From the human T2T-CHM13v2.0 reference genome, Homo sapiens: a DNA stretch of 64,000 bases. Shown here in pieces: positions 12,986 through 28,560 of this stretch. Position 1 is the first letter of the stretch, and every line of letters starts with the position of its first letter. The DNA lies in assembly GCF_009914755.1 (NCBI RefSeq), contig NC_060926.1; one strand, 5' to 3'. Made by a program: the position numbers and the translations under genes. The notes under the pieces were generated by a model. It ran no database searches and was not told the DNA's origin. It saw only the letters and a list, made by a program, of their open reading frames with translations.

Positions 12986-13506
12986 AAATTCTGCAATGCT
13001 GCTTCCATTGCAATGAGAGTTTGAATACTGAGTGTGAGCTACTTTTCTGGGCTTCTAATTTCTGAGAACAAAGTTTAGCAGAGGAAGAGAATCGTGAAAT
13101 AATTTAGTTCATTTCATGGGGCACCAATAGCATTCAAATACTTTCAGTCGAGGTCATGTTCATCCACAGCACAGCCTTGACCTTAGCAAGAGCAGCAGGC
13201 AGATTGAGTGGATTCAATTCCAAGATTGTCTCCTATTTTGTCTCTTTAGGCTTAAATGCTTTAGCACCATTTCAAGGGAGAAAATTCACATCACAGAGGA
13301 CAAAAAAAGCTGTCATTCTTTCTAAACACTAAACTTATTGTCATCTTAAGGTCTTGACTGTTGGTGTTCCTTCTGCTTATTTACATTCACATGGCTTCTT
13401 CCTTGTCCTTGGTCAAGTCTCAACTCAAATATGATTCCCTCCAAAAAGCCTTTCCTTGTTACCCCAATTATAGCAGTTTATAATCAGCCCCAATCTTAAC
13501 TCATCT

Positions 13507-13668
13507 GTAGTGAATTAAATAACATCTCCCAAAAATTCACCTCCACCAAAGCCTCAGAATGTGACCTGATTTGGAAATGCCATCTTTGCAGACATGATTA
13601 AGGTAAGGATTGGAATAAGATAATCCTGCATTAGGGTGGGCCCCAGATCCAATGAGACTGTCCTTAAA
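13507..13668 (+). mobile_element. MLT1B/C 5' LTR fragment within L2-like sequence
   Basis: 'tgtagtgaattaaat...cctcagaatgtgacctgatttggaaat...tctttgcagacatgattaag...attagggtgggcccc'. Confidence 0.75.
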
Positions 13669-13975
13669 GTCCTCCACAGCCTAACTCCAGGCTACCTCGC
13701 CAGTGTGGATTGTCTACACTGACTGCCTGCTCCTGGAAAACTGATCTTCCTACCAACCAAACAGCTGGCTTCAGCTTCTCGCCATGCAAGTTCCTGCCAC
13801 ATGCCACTTCTCTACCTAGGAAGTTCTCCCTCCTTTCACCTGAACCTGTCCAAATGTTACTCTTCCTTCAAAATAGGGCTCCAATCTCAAAATTTCTGCT
13901 CCCATGGGGTCTTTCCTGATGCCGTGCTGCCGGGCACAATCTCAGGAGACTCCAGCACCACTGTTTACACCACCC

Positions 13976-13976
<1 letters not shown>

Positions 13977-14008
<32 letters not shown>
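13977..14008 (+). repeat. (TG)16 microsatellite
   Basis: Read directly. Confidence 0.95.
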
Positions 14009-14011
<3 letters not shown>

Positions 14012-14617
14012 GTGGACCTCCAATGGACTATGTGCTCCTACAGAACAGGAGCTGTATTTTGAAGTTGTTTTGTTTGTCTACTTGTTTTGGTTTTGTTGTT
14101 AGTGTTCTTTTCTTTCCAGGCCTTGAATGCTCTATGGACTATGTGACAATATGTAGAATAAAAGACAGATTGCTTGGTTACATGAACAGATTAATAGCAT
14201 GTTACTTCGCTCCACCCTAAAGCAAGTCCTCTCAGCCACACCCCACTGCAATGCAGTCTACATGTGACTTCTTGGCCATAATTACCAAATGGATTCAGAG
14301 GCAGAGAAGAGGGAAAATGGCAAGTCCCTTTTCTCAGGCTGCTGAGATAATTTGCTTAGAGGACTTAAGAGGTAGCTCTTTAGGATTCCCAGAAATAATT
14401 GGGGAAATATTTGAGGGTCCCACACAATCAGGGAAGATAGTAAAAAAATACTCACCACTTTACTTTGAGGTCACTGTTGCTGCCATCATCACCCCAGAGT
14501 TGTTTCCTACTCTTGGTTATCTGGAGTCACACTGAGCTCAAAACAGATGGCCCTGAAACTGCTCTCTGAAGCAGTGAGCACACACCGTCTAAACACACAA
14601 ATATGCGCATGCACGTG

Positions 14618-14644
14618 CACACACACACACACACACACACACAC
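14618..14644 (+). repeat. (CA)13 microsatellite
   Basis: Read directly. Preceded by alternating purine/pyrimidine atatgcgcatgcacgtg. Confidence 0.95.
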
Positions 14645-15859
14645 TTGTATGTCACCACTGAACTAGTAACCCCAAGCAAGCTGACCAAGTGCTCTTCTCC
14701 TGAAGTTTCAGAGATTTCATTGCAGAAACACAATTTACTTTTATGAGCAGCACTTCTGTCCCAAGGCCTCAGACTAAGCTGGTAAGTACTGATTCCAGGA
14801 CAAAATGTGACCCACATCCCGAAGTGTCCTGCATTCCTCTTTCTGCCCCTTATAGGTTCTTTACCTGCAAACTCTCTCCCTCTTGTCCAAAACATTTTAC
14901 CTGCTCTGTCACCTTTGCATGATCACAGGTCCTTCGCGTTCCACAATCAGTTATTTCCGTACCAGGTTTGTTTTATCACTTTGAACCTTAAAACACAGGG
15001 AACAAAATTTTACCCACTGTCAAACTGAATCTGTCCATTGTGAGATGCTACACCACTGAATTTTGCTGTGCATCCGTCCAATTGGAAAAGGAATGAATGT
15101 GAAAGTTTCATTTAAAACACTCCTTCATGAAACTCTCTGTGCATCAAATAACTGAAAGCCCAAACCACTGATCAGTTAGTAAAGCTGTGAAGCCCTCTCA
15201 ATTGTCAGAAGCAATTTGAAATTGAACTGAAAAATATCTCACGGTCTCTTAGAAACAGACACGAATTGTGGTTTGTAACCCAATGTGGAAATAGTTACGG
15301 AGAAAGTGACAACCTCTTGTGAGGTGTGTGCGCTCTTCCTCCAAGTTCTTTGTTCTAAGGTCAGAGGGCTGATCACCTCACTGCTGCCCTACATAGTCCC
15401 CTCAGCACCAGAAAATGCTCACTTACCACCAAATTTACTTCCAAACTGTAGTTTATCAGAATATAATTTTATTTTCTGAAAGAAGTGCTTCAACTTTGTG
15501 TATTGGCACAAGATAACTATAAACAATACCAAAGAAAACGGTCCCCTATAATCTGGCCATTTATGGACACAGCACCAGAGGGAAAAAAACTTTAAACATA
15601 AATTAAGAAAGTTCTCTGTAAGAGCTCTTGTTGAATTATAGCTGACAACAGTACACACAGCACAGTCACGCCACTGAATTCTTTCCAGCTCCAGCTCCAT
15701 AATTCACCTTCTCCCACATGTCCTCTATTCTTGAACTTAGAAGACTTTTCTCAATAAGGGTCACTAAGGGGATCCCAGTTGGGAATAGAAGAACAAAAAA
15801 GTTTAGTAACTATTCCAAGAGTCATAACATCGTAGGCAATAAATGCTGCATTTAAAGAC

Positions 15860-15965
15860 TACAGATTTAAGATTGTGAGCAGCTTCTACCAGACACTGCA
15901 TTACCCTGGTAAAGTCACCTGCCTTCTTTGAGCTTCAGTTTTCTCATCTGGCAGTTGTTCAATGG
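15860..15965 (+). mobile_element. MIR fragment
   Basis: 'accctggtaaagtcacctgccttctttgagcttcagttttctcatctg'. Confidence 0.6.
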
Positions 15966-16030
15966 GTTTAGTCATTTGCAATCATTTTTATTACCTTCTA
16001 AGGTCCCCTTTAGGTACTGTGATGGAGAGG

Positions 16031-16047
16031 TAGACAGACAGAAAGAT

Positions 16048-16094
<47 letters not shown>

Positions 16095-16103
16095 GATAGA
16101 TAG
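16031..16103 (+). repeat. Compound GATA tetranucleotide STR
   Basis: (GACA)2 GAAA GAT (GATA)11 GAT (GATA)2. Pure run at 16048-16091. Confidence 0.95.
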
Positions 16104-16799
16104 GTGGGAAAGCCTTAAAAACTCAAAAAAGTAAGGAAGGATGATCCCAAGAAATAAGAGGAACCAGAGCTCTTCTCCCTGGGTCTGAGAGAAGCTGGCC
16201 CAAGCCATCCTTCCCTGAGTCCTATCCTGCTCCTGCTTGGACTTCCCAGGACAGAATCCTCCCTGCTATGTGTGAGGCAGCCCCAGGCCCTTTGTACTGC
16301 TCCAGAGGTCTGGGGAGCAGTGTTCGAATGGGAAGAAAAGCATCCAAAAAAGAAAAACCAAAGAGCCAATGCCATAAATATGTAAATGCCCTTGAACTCT
16401 ACTGAGAATTCCTCTGTGCCCCAATAGTTTCCTCCCCTCCATGTGGGTTATATTCTATTTTCCCAGGCATGGAGTAAGGGAGAAGAATAAAATTGGAGCT
16501 GGGTGGTGGGGGAGTAGCCTGGAAAAGACACTTATGAATGCAAAGAGGCCATAGATTTCATTACCAGGTGCATAGTATCATCAGCTCCCGGTCCAATGCT
16601 TACTCATAGCACAAGCTGATTAAATGGTTGTGGAGGAAGGGAGGGAAGGAAGGAAAAAAAGAAGGAGAGAAGGAAGGAAGGAAAATTGGTTCTTATGCTT
16701 TCTACTGGAAACTTTTTATCTATTCAAGGAAGAATTAATTTTTGATGTTTACTGGCTATATATTTTGCACTCTCCACCTTGCCACCACCACATATTTAT

Positions 16800-18700
16800 A
16801 CTGTGACCAACCTAGCTGAAATGAACTTATATTTTAAATGAGTCATTTTGCAGAGCAAGTAATAAATCAGCTATCAGGAGTAAGGAGCTCTCAGCAGGCC
16901 ATACTGCTCCATTGCCAGGAGGGATTATTTTAGTAGTATCACACTAGGATTTCTGAATTTATGCCCTTAATTTATGAGACATTCATTGCAGGGGCTTTCC
17001 CAAGTGTTATTTTCATAAACAGCAGATTAATATAGGGGCTTTTTCTTGCATTTCTTTGGAAAAATCTTGCCCCCATGTAGAATATTCAAGCTCTGCTACC
17101 TATAAATAAGCTAATGTCTTTCCTCTGGGCTGTTGTCCCTTAGCCTTCAACATCTTCTAGTCTGAAGCAAAAATCATGCTTCATTTTGTTTTGCTATCTT
17201 TCTAATACAGTAAGAGCTTCAGGTCAAAGAACTGAAGAGAATGTGAGAGCTTGACCCTCTGTTATGTTTTTCGTTATTTGTAGATTTTCCTTATGCACTT
17301 GCCCTTCTGTGGAATCTTTCCTCTTCATTCCCTTATCCCTATTAGGATTCTACCAATTTATTGTTCTAACCTTGAAGAAACAGCTTTTTATTTACCTTCA
17401 GCTGTAGGTGGCCCACCAGGTGTCAACAACTGTAGAGTTCCATCAAGAGTCATCATTTTACAGTTACAAGTCGGAGGGGCCTTCACAGATCCGTCAGGCT
17501 CAACACTGCCTCCTTAGTGAGCCTGTGAACCACCCAAGACGGCTGGTCATCAGTGTCATCCTCTTCCTTTTCCGGACAACTATCTTTAAAAGAAAAAAAA
17601 AGAGTGTCTTTGAATGTATCCATTTTATCCCCAAATAATCTTGTTTAATAAATTCCTTATTAGGCCAAATCCAATGTGCTGAAATATCTGCCAAGCATGT
17701 CATTCTACACAAAAGGGATTTGCAAATAGCCAGTAGTTGGCGTGAAGAAAGGACATGTGAAAGCGCTGGGTGTGGAATTTCCCATCCTCGGCCGGAGGTC
17801 TACTACAGCTCGCTGTTTGCAGATCTGGGCTGAGCTATGCATCACATTGTTCATGAAAGAAAAAGCAACTGCTCTCCCCAGTGCCCCTTCCCCGCTCCAC
17901 ATGGCTGCGATCAGCAGCCCCAAGACCCTAATTGCCACAGCCTATTAGAAATAATGAGACTTACATGGCAGAAGCCAAGGGTAAAAGCGACATCTCGCAA
18001 CACGAAAGGTTAATATCAACATATACAGCTAGTGAGTGCAAAGGGCACCTCAGTTGGTGGCTCATTATGGCGGGCTGACCCATAGGGAAAGTGTCATTCT
18101 GCAGAGAGGCCTTTCTCAGGATGTGGCAGCAAAAGTTACAAAAGATAAGGACTTGCCTGTGAAACGCACTCAACTAATGAGAGCTGAAGATTGTTTGAAA
18201 TATCCCGATGACCTCACAGATGGGGGATGCTGATTAAGATGGCTACAGGAGGCTCCTTTCTTGTCTGACAGCCCATTGAGAAGCTTTGGTGAGATGTGAC
18301 TAACAGGCCGTGAAGGTGTCTCCATCTTCTCTGACATGGTCCATGCTTTGGGCAAAACAAACATGAAAAATAAGTCTGAACTGACACACATGTTTGAATT
18401 TAGTTTTCAGAGCCATATTTGGGGGAAGGAGCACTGGTGGGGCCGTCAGCGATGATTCCTTTATGGTAAAGGGTGTTCGTGACTACTTGCGTGACTAATC
18501 GCATGACTGCGCTGGGGGGTGAGCCAACGGCAAATTGAGGTCTTGAACACTTGACAAAACAACCCCTGTTCTGTGGGTGAAATTCTATAGAGCTTCATGC
18601 GTAATTAAATGAAAGTTTCACAAGAGTCTACACCTCAATCATTTAATGCCGATATGTAGCACAAAGGAAGGATTTTTGCCACATCAAAATACATCCATGA
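16800..18700. promoter_or_regulatory. Candidate enhancer / conserved non-coding block
   Basis: ~1.9 kb with no repeat that I recognise, retained CpGs, two NF-kB consensus sites (16991-17000, 17774-17783) and TAAT/TTTATG cores. Motif inference only. Confidence 0.35.
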
Positions 18701-19190
18701 AACAATGGAGAAATGTCCCAAGTTTTCAGAGTCAGAGATACTCACAGAAGAAACCCTGGAGTTCTCTTGACCTTCATTTAGTGCCTGGGACTCTGAAAAG
18801 AGATCACCATTATGCTCTCCTCTACCTCATACTAGAGGTGAGGATGAGAGCGCACCTCATACTGCATATCTTAATTCCTCTCCCAGGACAACTGGAAGGA
18901 ACACCTATCCGTTTGCCATGTCACTAAAACAAAAATCACTCGTGTCTTGCAAAAACAGTTCAGATCTTTCTATTTAAAGAGCTTATCACTATATTAAACA
19001 AGGTTATATTGGAGTTTTGTCATGAGATTTAAGAACATTTCTTTCAAGTCTTTCTAACTAGTTGTTTTAGTTATTGATTGCTGAATAACAAATTAACTCA
19101 AAAATTAGTGACATCACAGTAGAAAATAAAATTACATAAAGATTTTTATAATGAGATTTAAGAAAGATTTTTCAAGCTTTACTAACTAGC

Positions 19191-19689
19191 TGTACTAGTT
19201 AATTAATTGCTTTATAACAAATTGCCACAAAATATGGTGGCATCAATGACAATAAACATTTATTATCTCATATAGTCTCTGTAGGCAGCCTCATAAGGTT
19301 GCAGTGCAGATGTTGACCAAAGCTGTGATATCATGTGAAGGTTTGTCTGGAGCTGGATGATCCCTCTCAATTTGGTTCGCTCACATGTCTGGCAAATTAC
19401 TGTTAGTTTCATTCAGGAGGCCTCCGTTGCCACATCAGCTTCTCTACAGAGCTGCCTGCATATCCTCACGACATGGGAGCTAGCTTCCCCTACAGCAATA
19501 ATCCAAGAGAAAAAAAAAACCCACAAATTCTTTTTTAACCTAGTGTGTCCAAGGTCATGCCCCACCATCTCCACAATATCCTAGTGGTCACACAGGTCAG
19601 CTCTATTCAGTGTGGGAGGGGAATACACACAGGCACGAATACCAGGAGGCAAGAATCTCTGGGAGCCATCTTGCAGGCTGGCTATCACA
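19191..19689 (-). mobile_element. MLT1F/G-type MaLR solo LTR
   Basis: TG...CA. Ends 'gaataccaggaggcaagaatctctgggagccatcttgcaggctggctatcaca'. Confidence 0.8.
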
Positions 19690-20499
19690 TTTATTAAAAG
19701 TATTTCTTAAAGTATCTTCACCTGACCAAAAAATATAAAAACTATGATCATCGATGTGGTCGGCAAAAAGTCTGCAAGCGAGACAAAAATCAAAGAACTC
19801 TATGGTACACTTTGTAAAGAAGGTATATTCCATTTGACTGAAAATATTTTCTTCTACTAACTGATACGTGTTTACATGTGGCACCTGTAAGACCAAAGTG
19901 AAGACATGAATTAAGAGATTACTCAAGAGAAATTGATTTTAGTAGATAAACAAGGTTTTTTGAAACAATTTGCTCCCTTTTGATCACAAGAGCAGGATTT
20001 TTGGCCTAAAGCATCTAGAAAACTGCAGTCTTCCTTTTCAGTGCATATCCATGGAGTAGTCTACAACCATTCACCAATGTGCCAGGCATAGGGAATTCAA
20101 GAGCAACAAGGTGAAGAAAATCTTAATCAGCTGATTGAGAATCCATTTTATGGAAAGATCCACCTCTTTGGGGAAATGGACTTGATATTTAGAAACTAAA
20201 ACAATATAAAAATTTTCAACAATAGAAGGACAGAAATAGGATATGAATTAAACACCAAGCCTGTGGTAAATTTGCTTTCAGTGAAAAAGATGTAGAAGAG
20301 GAAAAAAAAAATAAGGAAGAGACGAAAGGAGAAAGAAGGAGCAGTGGACGTAGCTGAGGAGAATTATTTCCAACTTTTGAAACCAACAGTTGAACAATTG
20401 AGACTTATGGTGGTTTAGCACTACAGTCAAAACATCTTGTCTCCCACCCCAACTTCTATGACCTAAATAAATGCAGAGAGATAGCATATTTATGGATTA

Positions 20500-22220
20500 C
20501 AAAACTCTATATTGTTAAAATGGCAATGCTGCCCAAATTCCTCCCAAGATTCAACACAATTCCAATCAAAATTTCTATAAGCATTCTTATAAAAATTGAC
20601 AAGCTGATTCTAATATTTGTATGAAAATTCAAGGAACCTAGAATAGCCAAAGTAATTCAAACAAAGAACATAGTTGAAGGACTTACTCTATTTGACTTCA
20701 GTACTTACTATAAAGCTATAGTAATTCGTTCTGTTTAATATTATGGTAAAAGTAGGCATATAGATCAATGAAACAGAATACAGTCCAGAAATAGACCAGC
20801 TGAGTTTTGACAAACAAGCCAAGGCAACTCAATGGGGGAAAATAAAGTCTTTTTAATAAATGTCATTCAATAAACTATCCATTTTTTTAAAAAAAATCAA
20901 TCCTACTCCCTACCATACACAAAAATCAACTAAAAATATATTCCACATCTTAATGTGAAATGTGAAACTATGAAACTTCTAGAAGAAAACACAGGAAAAA
21001 TATTTGAGAACTTAAGGCAAGCAAAGATTTCTTAGATGTGACACCGAAATCACTATCCATAAGAGAAAAAATGTTGGTAATTGAACTTTATCAAAATTTA
21101 AAACTTTAACTCTTTGGAAAGCACCAATAAGAAAACAAAAGACTCATAAAAATATTTACAACATATTTATCTGGTAAAGAACTCACATCTAAAATACAGA
21201 AAGAATGCTTATAACTCGACAAAATGTAAACAGACTTTTGACCAAAGTCAAGATATGAATGGACAATCAACACATGAAAAGATGTTCAACATCATTTGTT
21301 ATGACATATGTATACACTGCAGATTAAAACCTTAATGAGATACCACTACACGCCCATTAGATTGCCTAAGATTAAAAAGATCGAATAATACAATGAGCCT
21401 GAGATTCACTTAAAAATAAAAAAAATAATAATAAAAAAAGATCGAACATACTAATCTTTTTACCAAGTGTTTGTGAGTATGGGGAAGTGGAACTCATATA
21501 CTAATGAGGGGAATATAAAATAGTACAATAATGTGGTTTGACTGTGTCCCCACCCAAATCTCATCTTGAATTGTAGTTCCCGTAATTTCTACATGTCCTG
21601 GGAGGGACCCTGTGGGAGGTAATTGAATCATGGGGCGATTTTCCCCATGCTGTTCTCATGATAGTGAGTGAGTTCTCACAAGATCTGATGGTTTTATAAG
21701 CACCTGGCATTTCCCCTGCTGGTACTCATTCTGTCTCCTGCTGCCCTGTGAAGAGACCCCTTCTGCCATGACTGTAAGTTTCCTGAGACCTCCCCAGCCA
21801 TGAGAAACTATGAGTCAATTAAGCCTCTTTCCTTTATAAATTACCCAGTCTCAGGTATTTCTTCATAGCAGCATGAGAATGGACCAACACATCCAACCAC
21901 CACCAAAACAATTTGGCAGCTTCTTAAAATGTTAATTATACACCTACCTTGCAACTCAGTCATTTCACTTCTAAGTATTTAACCAAAAGGAACTAAAATG
22001 TACGTGCACACAAAGATTGCACATGAGTGTTCTTAGCAGCTTTATTTATGATAGCCCAAACTGGAAACTATTTATCAACAGGTGAATAGTTAAATAATGG
22101 TATCATATCATACAATGGAATACTATTCGTTAACTCTAGTGATGAACTATTGACGTAAGCAAAATGGCCAAATCACAAAATCATTATGAGTAATGAAAGA
22201 AAACAGACAAAAACAGACAA
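20500..22220 (+). mobile_element. Old L1M ORF2 3' part and 3' UTR, interrupted by THE1
   Basis: 'atattgttaaaatggcaatgctgcccaaatt...attcaacacaattccaatcaaaat', 'gaaacttctagaagaaaacacagga', 'aatgagataccactacacgcccattag'. Confidence 0.85.
21529..21891 (+). mobile_element. THE1C/D solo LTR
   Basis: 'atgtggtttgactgtgtccccacccaaatctcatcttgaattgtagttccc...tttataaattacccagtctcaggtatttc'. 5-bp TSD tacaa/tccaa, after which the host L1 resumes. Confidence 0.9.
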
Positions 22221-22229
22221 TACAGAGTT

Positions 22230-23110
22230 AACAATTCATTCCTGGGCATGAACCCAGAGAATGCATATAACCACTAAAAACATTTACACAGGAATGTTCA
22301 AAGCAGCATTATTCATATCATCCCAACATGGCAAACCAACCAAAATATCCATCAACAATAAAATGGACTTTATAAATAGTGGTATGTTCCCATAATGGAA
22401 TATTACACAGCAGGGGTCCCCAAACCCCAGGCCACACAGACCAGTACCAGTTTGTAGCCTATTAGGAACCAGGCTGCACAGCAGGAGGTGAGCAGTGGGT
22501 GAGCAAACATTACCACCTGAACTTCGCCTCCTGTCAGATCAGTGATGGCATTAGATTCTCGTAGGAGCACAAACCCTATTGTGAACTGCACATGCAATGG
22601 ATCTAGGTTGCATGCTCCTTATGAGAATCTAATGCCTGATGATCTGAGGTGGAATAATTTCGTTCCTAAACCATCACCTCCCCCAACCCACTGTCCATGG
22701 AAAAATTGTCTTCCACGAAAGTGGCCCCTGGTGTCAAAAAGGTTGGGGACTGCTGTTATACAGTAAACAAACTACCTCTACATGCAAAAACATGGAACAT
22801 TACAAACATAATGTTGAATGAAAAAAGATAGTCACCAAAGAGCACAAAAGTTCAACTACATTTATATAAAGTTCAAATACAGGAAAAACTAATTCATAAT
22901 GTTAAAAATTATGATAGTGCTTACTATTGGGGTGAAGTGGATAGTGACTGGAAAAAGCACAAGAGGTGTGTCTGAAGTGCTGGTGATGTTCTGTTTTTTT
23001 TATCTTGGTGCTGGCTACAAGAGTGTGTTCGCTTTATGAAAATTCCTCAAATGTACACTTATTATTTGGTACATTTGTCTGCATTTATGTTATATGTCAA
23101 TAAAAAATGT
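22230..23110 (+). mobile_element. L1ME-type 3' UTR fragment, interrupted by MER1B
   Basis: A second copy of L1 3' motifs 'aatgttcaaagcagcattattc...atccatcaacaataaaatgg', ending 'tatgttatatgtcaataaaaaatgt'. Confidence 0.75.
22411..22755 (+). mobile_element. MER1B (hAT-Charlie)
   Basis: caggggtccccaa.../...ggttggggactgctg TIRs. 8-bp TSD ttacacag/ttatacag. Confidence 0.93.
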
Positions 23111-23119
23111 ACCCTGTAA

Positions 23120-23450
23120 AATCATGTTTTATGGTTAGATGATGCAGTTGAAATTGAAAATGATGGGTTTTGTGGAAATACAGATGTTCAGCCAACAGGA
23201 AGAAAAGTGACGTATACTTGGAGTTGACAGGATATTACTGGAGATAAATATGTCATTCCTTACAACAGTCACAGATAATGATAAAGGCAAAGGGAAGAGA
23301 AAGCTAAAGAAGGAATCTTGGTGAATGTTTACCTGTAGGTGTTGGAAGAAGAAAACAAAGAGATGGAAAAGGACCAAGACATGCATGCACATAGAAGCCA
23401 GGCTAAAGAATGCTTCAAAGAAGAGACAGGGGCAGCTAATCATCAACACA
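23120..23450 (-). mobile_element. L2 fragment
   Basis: 'gaagaaaacaaagagatggaaaaggacc...atagaagccaggctaaagaatgcttcaaagaag' is L2-like. Confidence 0.55.
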
Positions 23451-23453
23451 AAA

Positions 23454-23600
23454 GCAGCACAGTGGTTAAGAGTGTGGGCTTTGGAGCCAGAATTTCTGGA
23501 TTCAAATCTTCCAATTTTCATCTATAAAATGGGGCTATTAGTTGATACTACTTCATAAAGTTAATTCATTTGAACAGTGGCTAGAATGCTCAAAAAGATG
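23454..23600 (+). mobile_element. MIR (internally deleted)
   Basis: 'cagcacagtggttaagagtgtgggctttggagccaga...ggattcaaatc...catctataaaatgggg'. Confidence 0.8.
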
Positions 23601-24744
23601 AGAAGTATAAGAAAAGATTGCTGGATTTAGTAGTTAGAATCAGGCTACAAAGTATGGTGAGAAAGTAGATGCAAAAAGAGGATTTTAATGAGCAGCCAGT
23701 GTCCATCCAAAAGGCCACAAATTGATTCTCCAGCTTTCTAATATGACACTAGAGTATGTCCAACCTTTCTAGTTCCGAAGTACTCACTTGTGGAGGCTAC
23801 AGATTGGCTTAGGTCCCCATTAGGAAGGGACCTCAAGTTATCTGATCCAGAAAGAAACATTGGTTTTTTTCAGTTTTCTGGGAAGTTTGAATGCAGATAT
23901 ACTCACCTTATAGAAGTAATGCCTGGGGTGAGTTTCTGTTTCTCAGGTTAAGAAGTTTCTCCAATAAAATTCATCTCAGAAAAGAGAGAGGAGGAGGAGT
24001 CCTAAGTAATTATCCATAGAAGGCCAACTAACAGTTCTATCTAAAGTTTATTTTCCAGTGGTGCCACTGATTGGAAGGCCACTGGCTGAAATGCACGTGA
24101 TGTAACTCAGTATTGCAAGTTGAGTCCTTCAGGGTTTCAAGTAAGGATGAGACTGGACCACAACCACAGAGAACTAATGTAAAATCCAAAAGATATGACA
24201 TTGTGAAGAAATTACTACACTGAACACTGAGCATAAATTTCTATGTTCCTTGTAGAGAGTGCCAAACAGTATATCACAAAATTCATTTAAAAATATTCTT
24301 TGACTTAAAAATAATGTATCCTAAAAAAGGATACATTTATCCTAGAAATTTATCCTAAGGAAGAAGTTCAAAAGAGGCCAAATAAAAAGCTATATGTAAT
24401 TTTGCAGTGTTGGTTCTAATAGAAAAAAGAAGTAGCAATAATAACCAATAGAAAAAAAGTTTTTAAAAATAGGCCTGAAAACAGCGTAAGTATTAGTGGC
24501 TATTAAAATAGTAATTATGAAGTCTATATAAACACATAGGGAAATGTTTATTATATCTTAAAATATAATAAATGAAAAAACAGGAAATAAAAAGGTACAT
24601 AGACTGATTACTATTTTGTACAATATTGTATACATGTTGACAAGAAATCAAAAGGAATATATAAAAACAAAAAAAATGTCAGGAATAGATAATGAGTGGA
24701 TAGTTTTTTCTTTTCTCAAAGATGTGTCAAGACTCCTGCTTCCA

Positions 24745-25047
24745 AACTAACACAGGAACAGAAAACCAAACACCATATGTTCTCACTCATAAGTGGGAGT
24801 TGAACGATGAGAACACATGGACACAGGGAGGGAAACATCACACACTGGGGCCTGTCATGGGGTGGGGGGCTGGGGAGGGATAGCAATAGGAGAAATATCT
24901 AATGTAGATGATGCGTTGATGGGTGCAGCCAACCACCGTGGCACGCGTATACCTATGTAACAAACCTGCACGTTCTGCATTTGTATCCCAGAACTTAAAA
25001 TATAATAAAAAGATTTTTTTTAAAAATGAACAATTGAAGAAATAAAG
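24745..25047 (+). mobile_element. L1PA7/8-like 3' end (5'-truncated)
   Basis: 'ttctcactcataagtgggagttgaac...acctatgtaacaaacctgcacgttctgc...cccagaacttaaaatataataaa'. 16-bp TSD aagactcctg(c/t)ttcca at 24729-24744 and 25048-25063. Confidence 0.93.

Positions 25048-28560
<3,513 letters not shown>

Noticed and set aside
13801-14895. ORFs with CVCVCV runs
   Set aside because: Caused by TG/CA microsatellites.
23775-23950. Cluster of splice-donor-like motifs (GTGAGT on both strands)
   Set aside because: No supportable acceptor or exon pairing; such hexamers are frequent by chance.
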